Source: an uncultured Nitrospira sp.
GTDB taxonomy: Bacteria; Nitrospirota; Nitrospiria; Nitrospirales; Nitrospiraceae
Assembly (NCBI GenBank): GCA_902500805.1
Contig: CABVSA010000008.1
Span: forward strand, 2,260 to 66,259
Direction: 5' to 3'
DNA length: 64,000 nt
Numbering within the stretch: the first letter of the stretch is position 1; the number at the start of each line of letters is the position of its first letter. The translations under genes and the position numbers were made by a program. The notes beneath the pieces are model-generated. The model searched no databases. It saw only the letters and a list, made by a program, of their open reading frames with translations, and was not told the origin of the DNA. Below are positions 26,676 to 36,308 of this stretch, one piece after another.

Positions 26676-28049
26676 ATGAACCAGTATCCACGACTGGTGA
26701 TAGCCGGTACGCACAGCGGTGTCGGGAAAACAACCGTGACGCTGGCCATTCTGGGGGCCTTACGGGAACGGGGCCGCCAGGTCCAGCCGTTCAAGGCGGG
26801 GCCGGACTTTATCGATCCCAGTCATCATCGGGCGGCGACAGGAAGGCAGTCGAGGAATCTTGATGGGTGGATGTTGGGAGCACAGGGCAACCTGGGGATC
26901 TTTACGCGTGCTGCCGAGGATGCAGACCTCTCCGTGATCGAAGGAATGATGGGGCTCTTCGATAGTAGCTCTCCACTCAGCGATAGGGGGAGTACCGCCG
27001 AACTGGCCAAACAATTGGATGTTCCGATTATTCTGGTCATCGATGGTAGTACCTTGGCTCGTTCTGCCGCAGCGATGGTGGCAGGGTATGCGCGCTTTGA
27101 TCCTGCCGTACATGTGGCAGGCGTGTTGTTTAACAGGGTCAACAGTGAAGGTCATTACAAGTTGCTCAAAACAGCAGTGGAGAATGCGACGGATGTCATG
27201 GCGCTTGGGTATCTGTGTCCTGATCCCGAGTTGACCATCACCGATCGGCACCTTGGCCTCACCATGGGTCATGAACAACGGGATTTGAGTCTCTATCATC
27301 GGTTGGCGAAAGCTGCGTTGGATACCGTCGATCTCGATCGGATCGAAGCTCTTGCACACTCATGCGCTCCCTTGGCGGAGGCTGCAAGTCCTCTTGTGCG
27401 TTGTCGACCCAAGACCGTTCGTATCGGCGTAGCACAGGACCAGGCCTTTTGCTTTTACTATGCGGATAATTTGGAATTGCTCGAAGCAGGAGGAGGCGAA
27501 CTAGTTGTATTTTCTCCACTGCATGATGCTAAGCTCCCCGATGATCTCGGCATGCTGTATCTGGGCGGAGGGTATCCCGAATTGCACGGCCCAGCCTTAG
27601 CGGCCAACAGGCCCATGAGGTCGGCGATCAAACAATTCGGCGAGCAAGGTGGGACGATTTATGCGGAATGCGGGGGCATGATGTATCTCACTCAGGGCTT
27701 GAGAGATTGTGACGGCCATTTGTATCAAATGGTGGGGCTCTTTCCTGCTGAATCGACCATGCAGCGTGCGAAGATGACCTTGGGGTATCGCTCGCTTGAG
27801 GTGGCCCGGTCCTGTGTCATCGGGCCAACTGGACTCATTGCGCGTGGGCATGAATTTCATTATTCGACGATTGCACCAAAAAGCCCAATAGCTTATGCGT
27901 GCCTGTTGACCGATGCCGAAGGCAAGTCGAAGGGGTGCGATGGAATGCTTACCTCCAATACGTTGGGGCTCTATACGCATCTTCATTTTGCGAGCCAACC
28001 TACATGTGCAGCGGAGCTGGTCGACTCAGCACGTCGCACCGCCCAATAA
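26676..28049 (+). CDS. cbiA: Cobyrinate a,c-diamide synthase
   Basis: N-terminal P-loop-like IAGTHSGVGKTTVTLAI and a C-terminal glutamine amidotransferase domain (AECGGMMYL). Confidence 0.92.
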   Translation: MNQYPRLVIAGTHSGVGKTTVTLAILGALRERGRQVQPFKAGPDFIDPSHHRAATGRQSRNLDGWMLGAQGNLGIFTRAAEDADLSVIEGMMGLFDSSSPLSDRGSTAELAKQLDVPIILVIDGSTLARSAAAMVAGYARFDPAVHVAGVLFNRVNSEGHYKLLKTAVENATDVMALGYLCPDPELTITDRHLGLTMGHEQRDLSLYHRLAKAALDTVDLDRIEALAHSCAPLAEAASPLVRCRPKTVRIGVAQDQAFCFYYADNLELLEAGGGELVVFSPLHDAKLPDDLGMLYLGGGYPELHGPALAANRPMRSAIKQFGEQGGTIYAECGGMMYLTQGLRDCDGHLYQMVGLFPAESTMQRAKMTLGYRSLEVARSCVIGPTGLIARGHEFHYSTIAPKSPIAYACLLTDAEGKSKGCDGMLTSNTLGLYTHLHFASQPTCAAELVDSARRTAQ

Positions 28050-28081
28050 GCATCAGGACCAGGTGCTGATGAATCGAAGGT

Positions 28082-28291
28082 ATGGGAATGAGGGGTCCTG
28101 TTGAAAAGGTCTGTGAACACTGCAGACAACCGTTCCAATGTGTCGGGTACCAATGTTGGTGTGGCACATTGGGGATTACAGAGCAACAGATGGACTGGAT
28201 CGCCGCACAGTTTACGGACTGTCTCTGCCAGATCTGCCTAGGGAAAGTGGCAACTGGTGAGTTAGGACCACGATCGTCGTCCATCATGTAA
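28082..28291 (+). CDS. Cysteine-rich CWC-type small protein
   Basis: CEHCRQPFQCVGYQCWCGTLGI...CLCQICL has the cysteine spacing of the Cys_rich_CWC family, as remembered. Confidence 0.6.
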   Translation: MGMRGPVEKVCEHCRQPFQCVGYQCWCGTLGITEQQMDWIAAQFTDCLCQICLGKVATGELGPRSSSIM

Positions 28292-28315
28292 CGAGTAGGC
28301 CGAGTCGAGATTAGA

Positions 28316-29116
28316 ATGAGCCGACCACAGGGACGATTTTCTGAGCCAGAGCGTGAAGCGGTGTATCGGGTGATATTTGAACGCCGTGACGTGCGCCGGA
28401 ACTTTCTGCCGAAACCAATTCCTGAGCCGGTGATGATGCGATTGTTAACGGCGGCTCATCATGCCGGATCAGTCGGCTTCATGCAGCCGTGGGATTTTGT
28501 GGTTATCCGCAATGGCGCAACGAAACGTGCGGTGAAAAACCTCTTCATCGATGCCAATACCAAAGCTGCTGCCCGGTATGCAGGTGCCAAGGGAGCATTG
28601 TACCGGCGACTGAAGCTGGAAGGCATTGAGGAAGCACCGATCAATTTGTGTATCACATGCAGCCGACGCCGAGGTGGGCCACAAGTCCTTGGGCGTTCCA
28701 CGGTGCGTGCAACGGACTTGTATAGTACCTGTTGCGCGGTTCAAAATCTCTGGCTGGCCGCCAGGGCGGAAGGGATCGGGGTCGGTTGGGTCAGTATCCT
28801 CGATCATCAGGCGCTGAAGCAAGTGGTTGGCGTTCCTAAATCGGTGACGGTTCTGGCCTACTTGTGTTTAGGGTATGTCTCGAAATTTGAACAAGCTCCT
28901 GATTTAGAGACGGCGGGGTGGCGGGAGCGGATTCCAGTTGACCAGCTCATTCACTATGAAGCATGGGGAAATCAAAGTTCGGACAAGGGGAGCAACGGAC
29001 ATGCGGATTACCAAGGTCTATACAAGAACGGGCGACGCGGGGAAAACCAGACTCGCCGGCGGGCAACCAGTGTGGAAGGACAGTCTTCGAGTCGAGGCGT
29101 ACGGCACCGTCGATGA
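28316..29116 (+). CDS. bluB: 5,6-dimethylbenzimidazole synthase (BluB; nitroreductase fold)
   Basis: FSEPEREAVYRVIFERRDVRRNFLPKPIP...GSVGFMQPWDFVVI is a BluB-type N-terminus. The reading frame continues about 40 codons past the expected C-terminus into the next gene. Confidence 0.85.
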   Translation: MSRPQGRFSEPEREAVYRVIFERRDVRRNFLPKPIPEPVMMRLLTAAHHAGSVGFMQPWDFVVIRNGATKRAVKNLFIDANTKAAARYAGAKGALYRRLKLEGIEEAPINLCITCSRRRGGPQVLGRSTVRATDLYSTCCAVQNLWLAARAEGIGVGWVSILDHQALKQVVGVPKSVTVLAYLCLGYVSKFEQAPDLETAGWRERIPVDQLIHYEAWGNQSSDKGSNGHADYQGLYKNGRRGENQTRRRATSVEGQSSSRGVRHRR

Positions 29117-29597
29117 ATTGAATTCTTCAATCGGAATTGTTCGGGTTTTCAATCAAGAAATTGTCGAGCACAACAAACGGGCCGGCCAGTTGGAAGAGGA
29201 GCTTCGATGGGTGCAGAACAAGCTCTTCGATGTCGGGAGTATTCTGGCGACGACACCAGGACAGACGTTCAAGAATATGCCGCAGGTACTGGCGAGCGAT
29301 GTCACACGACTTGAAAAGATGATCGATCGATGCCAGAAAGTCCTGGAACCGCTTAAAGAGTTTATTCTCCCAGGAGGGGGGAAAGTGTCGGGTTTTCTCC
29401 ACCAGGCCAGGACAATTTGCCGTCGAGCCGAGCGCTTGTGTGTCGCGCTCTCAAAAATTGAACCGGTTGATCCGACCATCATCAAGTTCGTCAATCGGCT
29501 GAGTGATGCCTTATTTGTCCTGGCTCGATGGGTGGCCAAGACACAGGGCGAACCGGAATTTTTGTGGGAACGGGATGTCGCCAAGAACTCGACGTAA
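29001..29597 (+). CDS. pduO: PduO-type ATP:cob(I)alamin adenosyltransferase
   Basis: MRITKVYTRTGDAGKTRLAGG is the conserved N-terminus, and LPGG is also present. The ATG is at 29001; the ORF-track start at 28938 adds 21 non-conserved residues. Confidence 0.9.
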   Translation: MRITKVYTRTGDAGKTRLAGGQPVWKDSLRVEAYGTVDELNSSIGIVRVFNQEIVEHNKRAGQLEEELRWVQNKLFDVGSILATTPGQTFKNMPQVLASDVTRLEKMIDRCQKVLEPLKEFILPGGGKVSGFLHQARTICRRAERLCVALSKIEPVDPTIIKFVNRLSDALFVLARWVAKTQGEPEFLWERDVAKNST

Positions 29598-30135
29598 CGC
29601 TCGGGCTGTCGGACGACCTAAGAGTCGTATTATTATCGTATTGGGTGGGGCCTCGTCCGGGAAAAGCGAGATCGCGCTTCAGTTGGCGGGCTCGCGTGGG
29701 CCTCGTGCATTTGTAGCGACTGGGCAGGGGCTCGATGCCGAAATGGTGGAACGCATTGCGCGGCATCGGGCGACCCGTTCTGCCGAATGGCAGACGATTG
29801 AAGAGCCTCTTGACGTAGAGGCCTGGTTTGCCAAACAGGGGTCAGAGTACCGGATCATCGTGTTTGATTGTGTGACACTCTGGTTGAGTAATTTGGTCGG
29901 GATCGGCCTCGGGGAATCAATCATTCTTGCGCGTGTAGGAACTCTTCTTGATGCAATGCGGCACACTGGGGCCACAGTGATCATCGTCAGTAATGAGTTA
30001 GGGGCGGGCCTCGTCCCAGCCGAACCATCAGTGCGAGCCTTCCGTGATCTTTCCGGACGAGTGAATCAATGCCTTGCTGCAGGGGCGAATGAAGCCTATC
30101 TGGCGGTCAGTGGGCTACCGCTTCGCCTGAAGTGA
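29575..30135 (+). CDS. cobU: Adenosylcobinamide kinase / adenosylcobinamide-phosphate guanylyltransferase
   Basis: P-loop VLGGASSGKSE and a LATGQ-type segment (FVATGQG). The ATG at 29575 overlaps the pduO end by 23 nt. Confidence 0.88.
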   Translation: MSPRTRRNARAVGRPKSRIIIVLGGASSGKSEIALQLAGSRGPRAFVATGQGLDAEMVERIARHRATRSAEWQTIEEPLDVEAWFAKQGSEYRIIVFDCVTLWLSNLVGIGLGESIILARVGTLLDAMRHTGATVIIVSNELGAGLVPAEPSVRAFRDLSGRVNQCLAAGANEAYLAVSGLPLRLK

Positions 30136-30148
30136 GGAAAGGAGCGTG

Positions 30149-31201
30149 ATGTCGATTCAGGATGTCTGTCATCAGATTCAGCCGCTTGACCCAGCATTGC
30201 ACACGAAAGCCCAGACTCATTTGGGTCGGCTGACCAAACCGCTCGGCAGCCTTGGCAAGCTTGAGGAGTTAGCCACCGCCTACGTCACCATGACCGGCGA
30301 GTTGAAGCCCACTATTCCCCGGGGAATGGTGTTCACCTTTGCTGCCGATCATGGTGTCACCGCGGAGGGTGTGAGTGCCTATCCGCGTGAGGTTACCCCT
30401 CAAATGGTGCTGAACTTCCTACGGGGTGGCGCCGGCGTGAACGTACTCGCCCGGCACGCGGGCGTGGTTGTCCGTGTGGTCGACATCGGAGTTGATTATG
30501 ACTTTAAGACCGCCCCTGGGTTGATTCACCGAAAAATCATGAATGGGACAGGCAATGTGATGCGTGAGCCGGCGATGATGCGGGAACAGGCGGAACAAGC
30601 CGTTCAGGTGGGGATCGACTTGGCGACAGAGGCTGTACGGGAGGGTATCGGTCTTATCGGGACAGGGGAGATGGGAATCGGGAATACGACTCCCAGCGCG
30701 GCTATTACGGCGGTGATGACCGGTCGGCCCGTGGAAGAGGTCACCGGGCACGGGACAGGTATTCAGGAGTCCGATCGTGCGCACAAGGTACGTGTGATTC
30801 AACAGGCTCTCGATCTGCATCGTCCGAAGCCGTCCGATCCGATCGGTGTGTTGGCAAAGATCGGGGGATTGGAAATCGCTGGACTGACTGGGCTGATGCT
30901 CGGTGCCGCTGCCTCCCGTGTGCCTGTTGTGTTGGATGGATTCATCGCCGGTGCCGCGGCGTTGATCGCCGTAGGACTTCAACCGTTGTGTCGTGACTAT
31001 CTGATTGCCGCGCATCGGTCGGTCGAGAAGGGGCATCGCGCAATTCTGAACCAGTTGGGATTGACCCCGCTGTTTGACCTTGATTTTCGACTTGGTGAAG
31101 GGACCGGAGCCTGTTTAGGGATGGATCTCGTCTGTGCAGCCGTCAAAGTCTATACGGAGATGGCGACGTTCGAAGAAGCCGGGGTGGCAAACAAGCTGTG
31201 A
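30149..31201 (+). CDS. cobT: Nicotinate-nucleotide--dimethylbenzimidazole phosphoribosyltransferase
   Basis: LTKPLGSLGKLEELA and GIGNTTPSAA motifs. The SD AAGGAG lies 4 nt before the ATG at 30149 (alternative GTG at 30146). Confidence 0.93.
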   Translation: MSIQDVCHQIQPLDPALHTKAQTHLGRLTKPLGSLGKLEELATAYVTMTGELKPTIPRGMVFTFAADHGVTAEGVSAYPREVTPQMVLNFLRGGAGVNVLARHAGVVVRVVDIGVDYDFKTAPGLIHRKIMNGTGNVMREPAMMREQAEQAVQVGIDLATEAVREGIGLIGTGEMGIGNTTPSAAITAVMTGRPVEEVTGHGTGIQESDRAHKVRVIQQALDLHRPKPSDPIGVLAKIGGLEIAGLTGLMLGAAASRVPVVLDGFIAGAAALIAVGLQPLCRDYLIAAHRSVEKGHRAILNQLGLTPLFDLDFRLGEGTGACLGMDLVCAAVKVYTEMATFEEAGVANKL

Positions 31202-31971
31202 TCCCTATGGGAGTCGTCGCCCGCCCCTTCATCTTCGCCTGGCATTTTCTGACGACCATTCCTCTGAGTAACGTGCATCATGAACCGACGGCGCCTGAGC
31301 TCGCGGCGTCGATGGCCTGGTATCCCGTCGTGGGCTTGCTGATCGGTGGGGGCCTGGCTGGTGCTGATATGGCATTGCAGGTGGTCTTTGACGGTATCGT
31401 GGTGAATGCGTTGTTGATCGTGCTCCTGGTGCTGCTGACACGCGGACTCCATCAGGATGGATTGGCCGATACGCTAGATGGTCTGGCTGGAGGTCGCACA
31501 TCGGTCGAACGCCTGTCGATCATGCGTGATCCCCAGGTCGGTGCACTCGGTGCCACCGGGCTCTTTCTCTCGCTGCTTCTCCGTTATGCCGGCTTGATGG
31601 TGTTACCTCAAGAATTGCGAGTGCCTGCGCTGTGTTGTATGCCTGCGGTCGGCCGTTGGAGCATGGTGACCTCCGCATGGATTTCTCCCTGCGCCAGGGC
31701 GGAAGGAGGTTTGGCCGCTCCGTTTCTTACCCATCTCTCGTGGCGACACGTCCTCGTGGCAACACTTCTTGTGGCCATTGGACTGGGTATAGGTTTCGGC
31801 ATCGCCAGCTTGTTCATCGTCATGATGGCCGGGGTAGTTGTCGTGCTGATAGGTTGGTGGGGGTGCCGTAGATGGTTCGGTGGGATTACCGGCGATACGC
31901 TTGGGGCCATGAACGAGGTCATCGAGATTCTCTTCCTCTTGTCCATTCCGCTCTTGTTTCGGTTCGCATGA
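31198..31971 (+). CDS. cobS: Adenosylcobinamide-GDP ribazoletransferase (cobalamin synthase)
   Basis: A polytopic membrane protein with FLTTIPL and GDTLGA motifs. A GTGA overlap joins it to cobT. Confidence 0.9.
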   Translation: MIPMGVVARPFIFAWHFLTTIPLSNVHHEPTAPELAASMAWYPVVGLLIGGGLAGADMALQVVFDGIVVNALLIVLLVLLTRGLHQDGLADTLDGLAGGRTSVERLSIMRDPQVGALGATGLFLSLLLRYAGLMVLPQELRVPALCCMPAVGRWSMVTSAWISPCARAEGGLAAPFLTHLSWRHVLVATLLVAIGLGIGFGIASLFIVMMAGVVVVLIGWWGCRRWFGGITGDTLGAMNEVIEILFLLSIPLLFRFA

Positions 31972-32924
31972 CCGGCGGCGAACTTCTTGCGGCGGCTGTA
32001 TTGGATGCACTGCTTGGTGATCCTCACTGGTTGCCGCATCCCGTTCGTGTGATGGGACGATGTATTGCATGGGGTGATCATGGCGTGCGGAAGATCTGCC
32101 GAAGCGCGCTCAACCTTCGCCTCGCAGGAATTTGTCTCGCCATCGGATTGCCGACCGTGACCTTCGTGCTTGCCACAGTGATCATCGAAGAGGCCAAACA
32201 GGTTGCGGAATGGTTGGGGTCTACTCTCTCGATCATCATGGCGTGGATGACGTTGGCTGCGAGGGACCTCTGGGACCATGCCCATGCAGTGGATGGCCCA
32301 CTCCAGACAGGAAATCTCTCAGCTGCGCGCCGAGCGGTGGGGATGATTGTCGGGCGAGACACGGCCGGACTCTCCCCATCCGAGGTGGCTCGTGCGACGG
32401 TCGAGACGGTCGCAGAAAGCTCGGCAGATGGTGTGGTTGCGCCTCTCCTGTACTTGGCAATCGGTGGTGCCCCTCTGGCTTTGGCCTACAAGGCGATCAA
32501 CACACTTGATTCTATGATTGGGCACCGCGATACCCGTTATGCTGATTTTGGATGGGCATCAGCTCGACTAGATGATCTGGCTAATTGGATACCGGCTCGA
32601 CTTGCGGCGATACTCTTGATTCTTGGTGCCGGCTTGATGACCAGACAACGAGAATCAGTCTGCCGGGGATGGCGTGTGTTCTTACGGGATGGAGGGAAGC
32701 ACCCCAGTCCCAACAGCGGGAGGCCTGAGGCAGCGATGGCCGGTGTGTTGGGCGTGAGACTTGGTGGCACCAATTTCTACGACGGCATTCCACATAACCG
32801 TCCAACGCTTGGCCTCGAAGGGCGCTCTGTCAAACCAGACGACATCGTCCTAGCAGCAAAGGTGATGGTGATGGCCAGCGTGTTAGCTGTTCTTCTGGCC
32901 ATAGGACTCAAATGGCTCGTGTGA
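31968..32924 (+). CDS. cbiB: Adenosylcobinamide-phosphate synthase
   Basis: The N-terminus is LLAAAVLDALLGDPHWLPHPVRVMG, and HPSPNSG is present. An ATGA overlap joins it to the cobS stop, so the ORF-track start at 31872 is rejected. Confidence 0.9.
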   Translation: MTGGELLAAAVLDALLGDPHWLPHPVRVMGRCIAWGDHGVRKICRSALNLRLAGICLAIGLPTVTFVLATVIIEEAKQVAEWLGSTLSIIMAWMTLAARDLWDHAHAVDGPLQTGNLSAARRAVGMIVGRDTAGLSPSEVARATVETVAESSADGVVAPLLYLAIGGAPLALAYKAINTLDSMIGHRDTRYADFGWASARLDDLANWIPARLAAILLILGAGLMTRQRESVCRGWRVFLRDGGKHPSPNSGRPEAAMAGVLGVRLGGTNFYDGIPHNRPTLGLEGRSVKPDDIVLAAKVMVMASVLAVLLAIGLKWLV

Positions 32925-34021
32925 ACAAGGCCTTGCATGGTGGGAATATCTACAGTGTCGCACGAGCACTGGCATGTGATCCAGGCGATATCGTCGATTT
33001 CAGTGCAAGCATCAATCCCTTGGGCCCTTCTCCATATGTGTGGAAAGCCATTGCCTCTTCCAGGCATCTGCTGGCCCATTATCCAGACCCGGACTGTTGG
33101 GAGCTTCGCCAAGCGTTGGCTGCATTCTGGCGGATGGATCCAGACCAGATCGTGGTTGGGAACGGCTCTACGGAGTTGATTGACGCACTGCCTCGTGCAT
33201 TGGGTATGCATCGTCTCCTTGTCGTCCAGCCCACTTTTTCAGAATATGCCGCAGCAATGAGGCGAGCTGGAACACAGACCACAACACTCTATGCAGATCG
33301 AATCGACGACTATGCCATTCCGGTCGATCGTCTTTGTCGGGTCATGGAGACAGGCCGGAACGAGGGTCGCTCCTTTGACAGCGTGATGCTCTGTCACCCC
33401 AATAGCCCGACAGGGCAGGCCTGTACCGTCGATGATCTGATGCGATTGGCCAGGTCTGCTCGCAAGCGAGGTCTTTGGCTGATCATTGATGAATCGTTCG
33501 CCGATTACTGTTCTGACCGGTCGGTCTTGCGCCGGGCGGTCTCTTGGCCACATGTCGTGGTCCTACGCAGTATGACCAAGTTCTATGCCTTACCCGGACT
33601 GCGGGTAGGCTATGCGGTGTCGGCACAGACAACGATCCGACGGATTCAACGACAGCTCCCTCCTTGGTCGGTCGGTACGATGGGGCAAGTTGCGGCATTG
33701 GCGGCCCTCAACGACGAGGCCCATGCACGAACAAGCCTGACATTCATGACACAGGAGCGTGAGCGATTTCGAAGGAAGCTGGCCGCATTACCTGGCTGTG
33801 CGGTGATGCCCACCTATGCGAACTATTGTCTTGTCGAGCTCCCTCGTGCTCACCCTGCACGCGATATCACTGAACGATTGCGAAGGAAAGGGGTATTGAT
33901 TCGAGATTGTTCTTCAGTGCCTGGTGCCAACTCACGATCTGTTCGACTCGCGGTGCGAATGAGGTCAGAGAATGACCGACTGCTTCGCGAGCTTTCTCAT
34001 TTGCTCCTCCTTAAGAACTAA
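32912..34021 (+). CDS. cobD: L-threonine-O-3-phosphate decarboxylase (class I/II aminotransferase fold)
   Basis: HGGNIYSVARALACDPGDIVDFSASINPLGPSP is the typical N-terminus. The PLP-Lys context is RSMTKFYALPGLRVGY. Confidence 0.88.
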   Translation: MARVNKALHGGNIYSVARALACDPGDIVDFSASINPLGPSPYVWKAIASSRHLLAHYPDPDCWELRQALAAFWRMDPDQIVVGNGSTELIDALPRALGMHRLLVVQPTFSEYAAAMRRAGTQTTTLYADRIDDYAIPVDRLCRVMETGRNEGRSFDSVMLCHPNSPTGQACTVDDLMRLARSARKRGLWLIIDESFADYCSDRSVLRRAVSWPHVVVLRSMTKFYALPGLRVGYAVSAQTTIRRIQRQLPPWSVGTMGQVAALAALNDEAHARTSLTFMTQERERFRRKLAALPGCAVMPTYANYCLVELPRAHPARDITERLRRKGVLIRDCSSVPGANSRSVRLAVRMRSENDRLLRELSHLLLLKN

Positions 34022-34023
34022 AG

Positions 34024-34752
34024 ATGAAGAAACACGCCACACAGGTTCATAGCCGGTATCGTGTGAGAGGGCAGACGTTGGTGATCGAGCTGGAAGGGCG
34101 AAAGCGCGTTCTTTCATCGGCTCCCCAAGGGGGAGGGTTCAGGGTGGCTTCCTATATCCTCAATCATCAGGTGGATGCTCAGCCATCGGTGCCAGGAACG
34201 CAGTCGCTGTCCTGTCATGACCCGGCATCCTGTTTACGGGAGTTGGCCGTTTCCATGGGAATCCACGCATCGACTGTTGGGCTGATGACGGCGGTTCCGA
34301 TGACGCAAGTGGTGACGGCACGAGGTGCGTTGGATGGGTTATGGGTGGAGTGTTTTGCGACGGTCGGTGTGACCAATGCCGTTCGAGCTGGAGAATGGCC
34401 ACCCGGAGACGGTGCCGGCAACAGATTACTCAAACCCGGGACGATCAACCTCATTCTCATCACGAACGGCAGTCTGTCTCAATCCGCAATGGTCGGTGCG
34501 GTACAAGTTGTCACAGAGGCCAAGAGCGGTGTGTTGCGTGATCACGGCGTCCTGAGTTGCCAGAGCAGTGCTGCTGCCACCGGGACCGGGACCGATGCAG
34601 TGGTGATAGCCTGTTCTCTGCGTGGACAGGGGACATGGCATGTCTATAGTGGGACGCATACCGTCATGGGGGCATTGATCGGGCAAGTCGTCACTGACTG
34701 TGTTACGGATGGCTTGGCGAAGGCAAGGGCCTGGCAGGAGTCGCATCAATGA
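34024..34752 (+). CDS. cbiZ: Adenosylcobinamide amidohydrolase (CbiZ-like)
   Basis: Its size (242 aa), the ATVGVTNA and GTINLILITNGSLS segments, and its position inside the cob operon match my recollection of the CbiZ family. Confidence 0.7.
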   Translation: MKKHATQVHSRYRVRGQTLVIELEGRKRVLSSAPQGGGFRVASYILNHQVDAQPSVPGTQSLSCHDPASCLRELAVSMGIHASTVGLMTAVPMTQVVTARGALDGLWVECFATVGVTNAVRAGEWPPGDGAGNRLLKPGTINLILITNGSLSQSAMVGAVQVVTEAKSGVLRDHGVLSCQSSAAATGTGTDAVVIACSLRGQGTWHVYSGTHTVMGALIGQVVTDCVTDGLAKARAWQESHQ

Positions 34753-36308
34753 CGGTACAGGCACTTGCTGTTCTGGGAACTGGCTCGGATGTCGGGAAAA
34801 GCCTGATCACAGCAGGGATCTGCCGGGTCCTTCATCGTGCAGGCGTGCGTGTGGCCCCATTCAAAGCACAGAACATGTCGCTGAATTCATTCGTGACTCC
34901 GGAGGGTGGAGAAATCGGTCGAGCGCAGGCACTCCAAGCTGAGGCCTGTGGCATTCTCCCGCATGTCGACATGAATCCCATCTTGCTCAAGCCAGAGTCT
35001 GACACTCGTTCGCAGGTCGTCGTGCGGGGATCCGTATGGTCCACGGAGAACGCTTCGACCTATTTTGAGCGGAGACAGCAGCTGTGGGCCATTGTGCAGG
35101 ACAGCTATGCCAGACTGGCACAACAGTACGAGACTATAGTCATTGAAGGAGCTGGAAGTGCGGCAGAGATGAATCTGCGCGACCGGGATCTGGTCAATTG
35201 GCCTATCGTCGAACTGGCTGATGCCCGAGTAATCCTGGTGGCTGATATTGATCGAGGCGGTGTCTTTGCTCAAGTGCTTGGAACGTTAGATCTGTTGGAA
35301 CCGGACGAGCGAGATAGGGTTTGTGGTGTCGTCATCAACAAGTTTCGCGGTGATCCGAAGCTCTTTGCCGATGGAGTGAGTTTTGTAGAGTCTCGGAGCG
35401 GGATTCCTGTCTTGGGTGTCGTGCCATTTCTTCAAGATCTGATGTTGGACCAAGAAGACAGTTTACATTGGGAAAGGGATCGGCGGGTGGAGTTTTCTAC
35501 AGAACAGATCAATATCGCCGTTATTTCCTTGCCTCATATGAGCAACTTTACCGACTTCAATTCATTGATAGCGGAACCGGATGTGGCCTTGAAGTATGTC
35601 ACCACCCCATCGCTGGTGGAACAGGCCGATATTGTGATCGTTCCTGGGAGTAAGAATACGCTTGCCGACCTATCATATCTCCGAGAGCAGGGGTACGACT
35701 GTATCCTCGATCGTCATGTCTGGAGTGGGGGGGAGCTTGTTGGCATCTGTGGTGGCTATCAAATGCTCGGTCGAACGATCTCCGACTCTTATCATGTCGA
35801 GCAAGGCGGAATAAGTCCTGGTCTAGGTTACTTGAGGATTGAAACTGAGCTGAGTCAGAGGAAGTGCACCGAACAGGTGGAAGCCAATCCAACAGGTACG
35901 CTGGTGGCTGATCAACCCATTGTGAGCGGCTACCAAGTTCATATGGGAGTTACCGTGTATCGGAACGAACGCCCCTGTTTCCGGTTGCAACGTCGTGTCA
36001 CACCGATAGAAGGAACCTATCCATTGACGACTGCACAAGAGGATTCGTGTGATGGGGCCATTCGGGAGGATGGTCTTGTTTGGGGTACCTACATTCATGG
36101 AGTGTTTGATGAGCCTCGTTTTCGTCGAGCCTGGCTCAATCGTGCTCGTGCACGGAAAGGGCTTCTCCCGGTTGGGGTTGACACCTCCCGGTCCGTCACT
36201 GCTCGACTGCGAGGTGAACTTGACCGATGGACAGATCACCTGAGTCGATCTTTTGATATGACACGACTACTCTCCTGCCTATCTCATCGTCGCATACTCT
36301 CCCTGTAA
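34749..36308 (+). CDS. cobQ: Cobyric acid synthase
   Basis: N-terminal VLGTGSDVGKSLITAGICR and a C-terminal GATase domain (GICGGYQMLG, HG). An ATGA overlap joins it to cbiZ. Confidence 0.95.
   Translation: MTVQALAVLGTGSDVGKSLITAGICRVLHRAGVRVAPFKAQNMSLNSFVTPEGGEIGRAQALQAEACGILPHVDMNPILLKPESDTRSQVVVRGSVWSTENASTYFERRQQLWAIVQDSYARLAQQYETIVIEGAGSAAEMNLRDRDLVNWPIVELADARVILVADIDRGGVFAQVLGTLDLLEPDERDRVCGVVINKFRGDPKLFADGVSFVESRSGIPVLGVVPFLQDLMLDQEDSLHWERDRRVEFSTEQINIAVISLPHMSNFTDFNSLIAEPDVALKYVTTPSLVEQADIVIVPGSKNTLADLSYLREQGYDCILDRHVWSGGELVGICGGYQMLGRTISDSYHVEQGGISPGLGYLRIETELSQRKCTEQVEANPTGTLVADQPIVSGYQVHMGVTVYRNERPCFRLQRRVTPIEGTYPLTTAQEDSCDGAIREDGLVWGTYIHGVFDEPRFRRAWLNRARARKGLLPVGVDTSRSVTARLRGELDRWTDHLSRSFDMTRLLSCLSHRRILSL

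Noticed and set aside
26199-26714. 171-aa minus-strand ORF at the btuB 3' end
   Set aside because: It is antisense shadow of the TonB-dependent receptor barrel. No independent signals were seen.
31608-32285. 225-aa and 155-aa minus-strand ORFs across the cobS/cbiB junction
   Set aside because: They are antisense to two well-supported cob genes. They are rich in Arg/His/Pro as expected for reverse-frame translation of GC-rich coding DNA.
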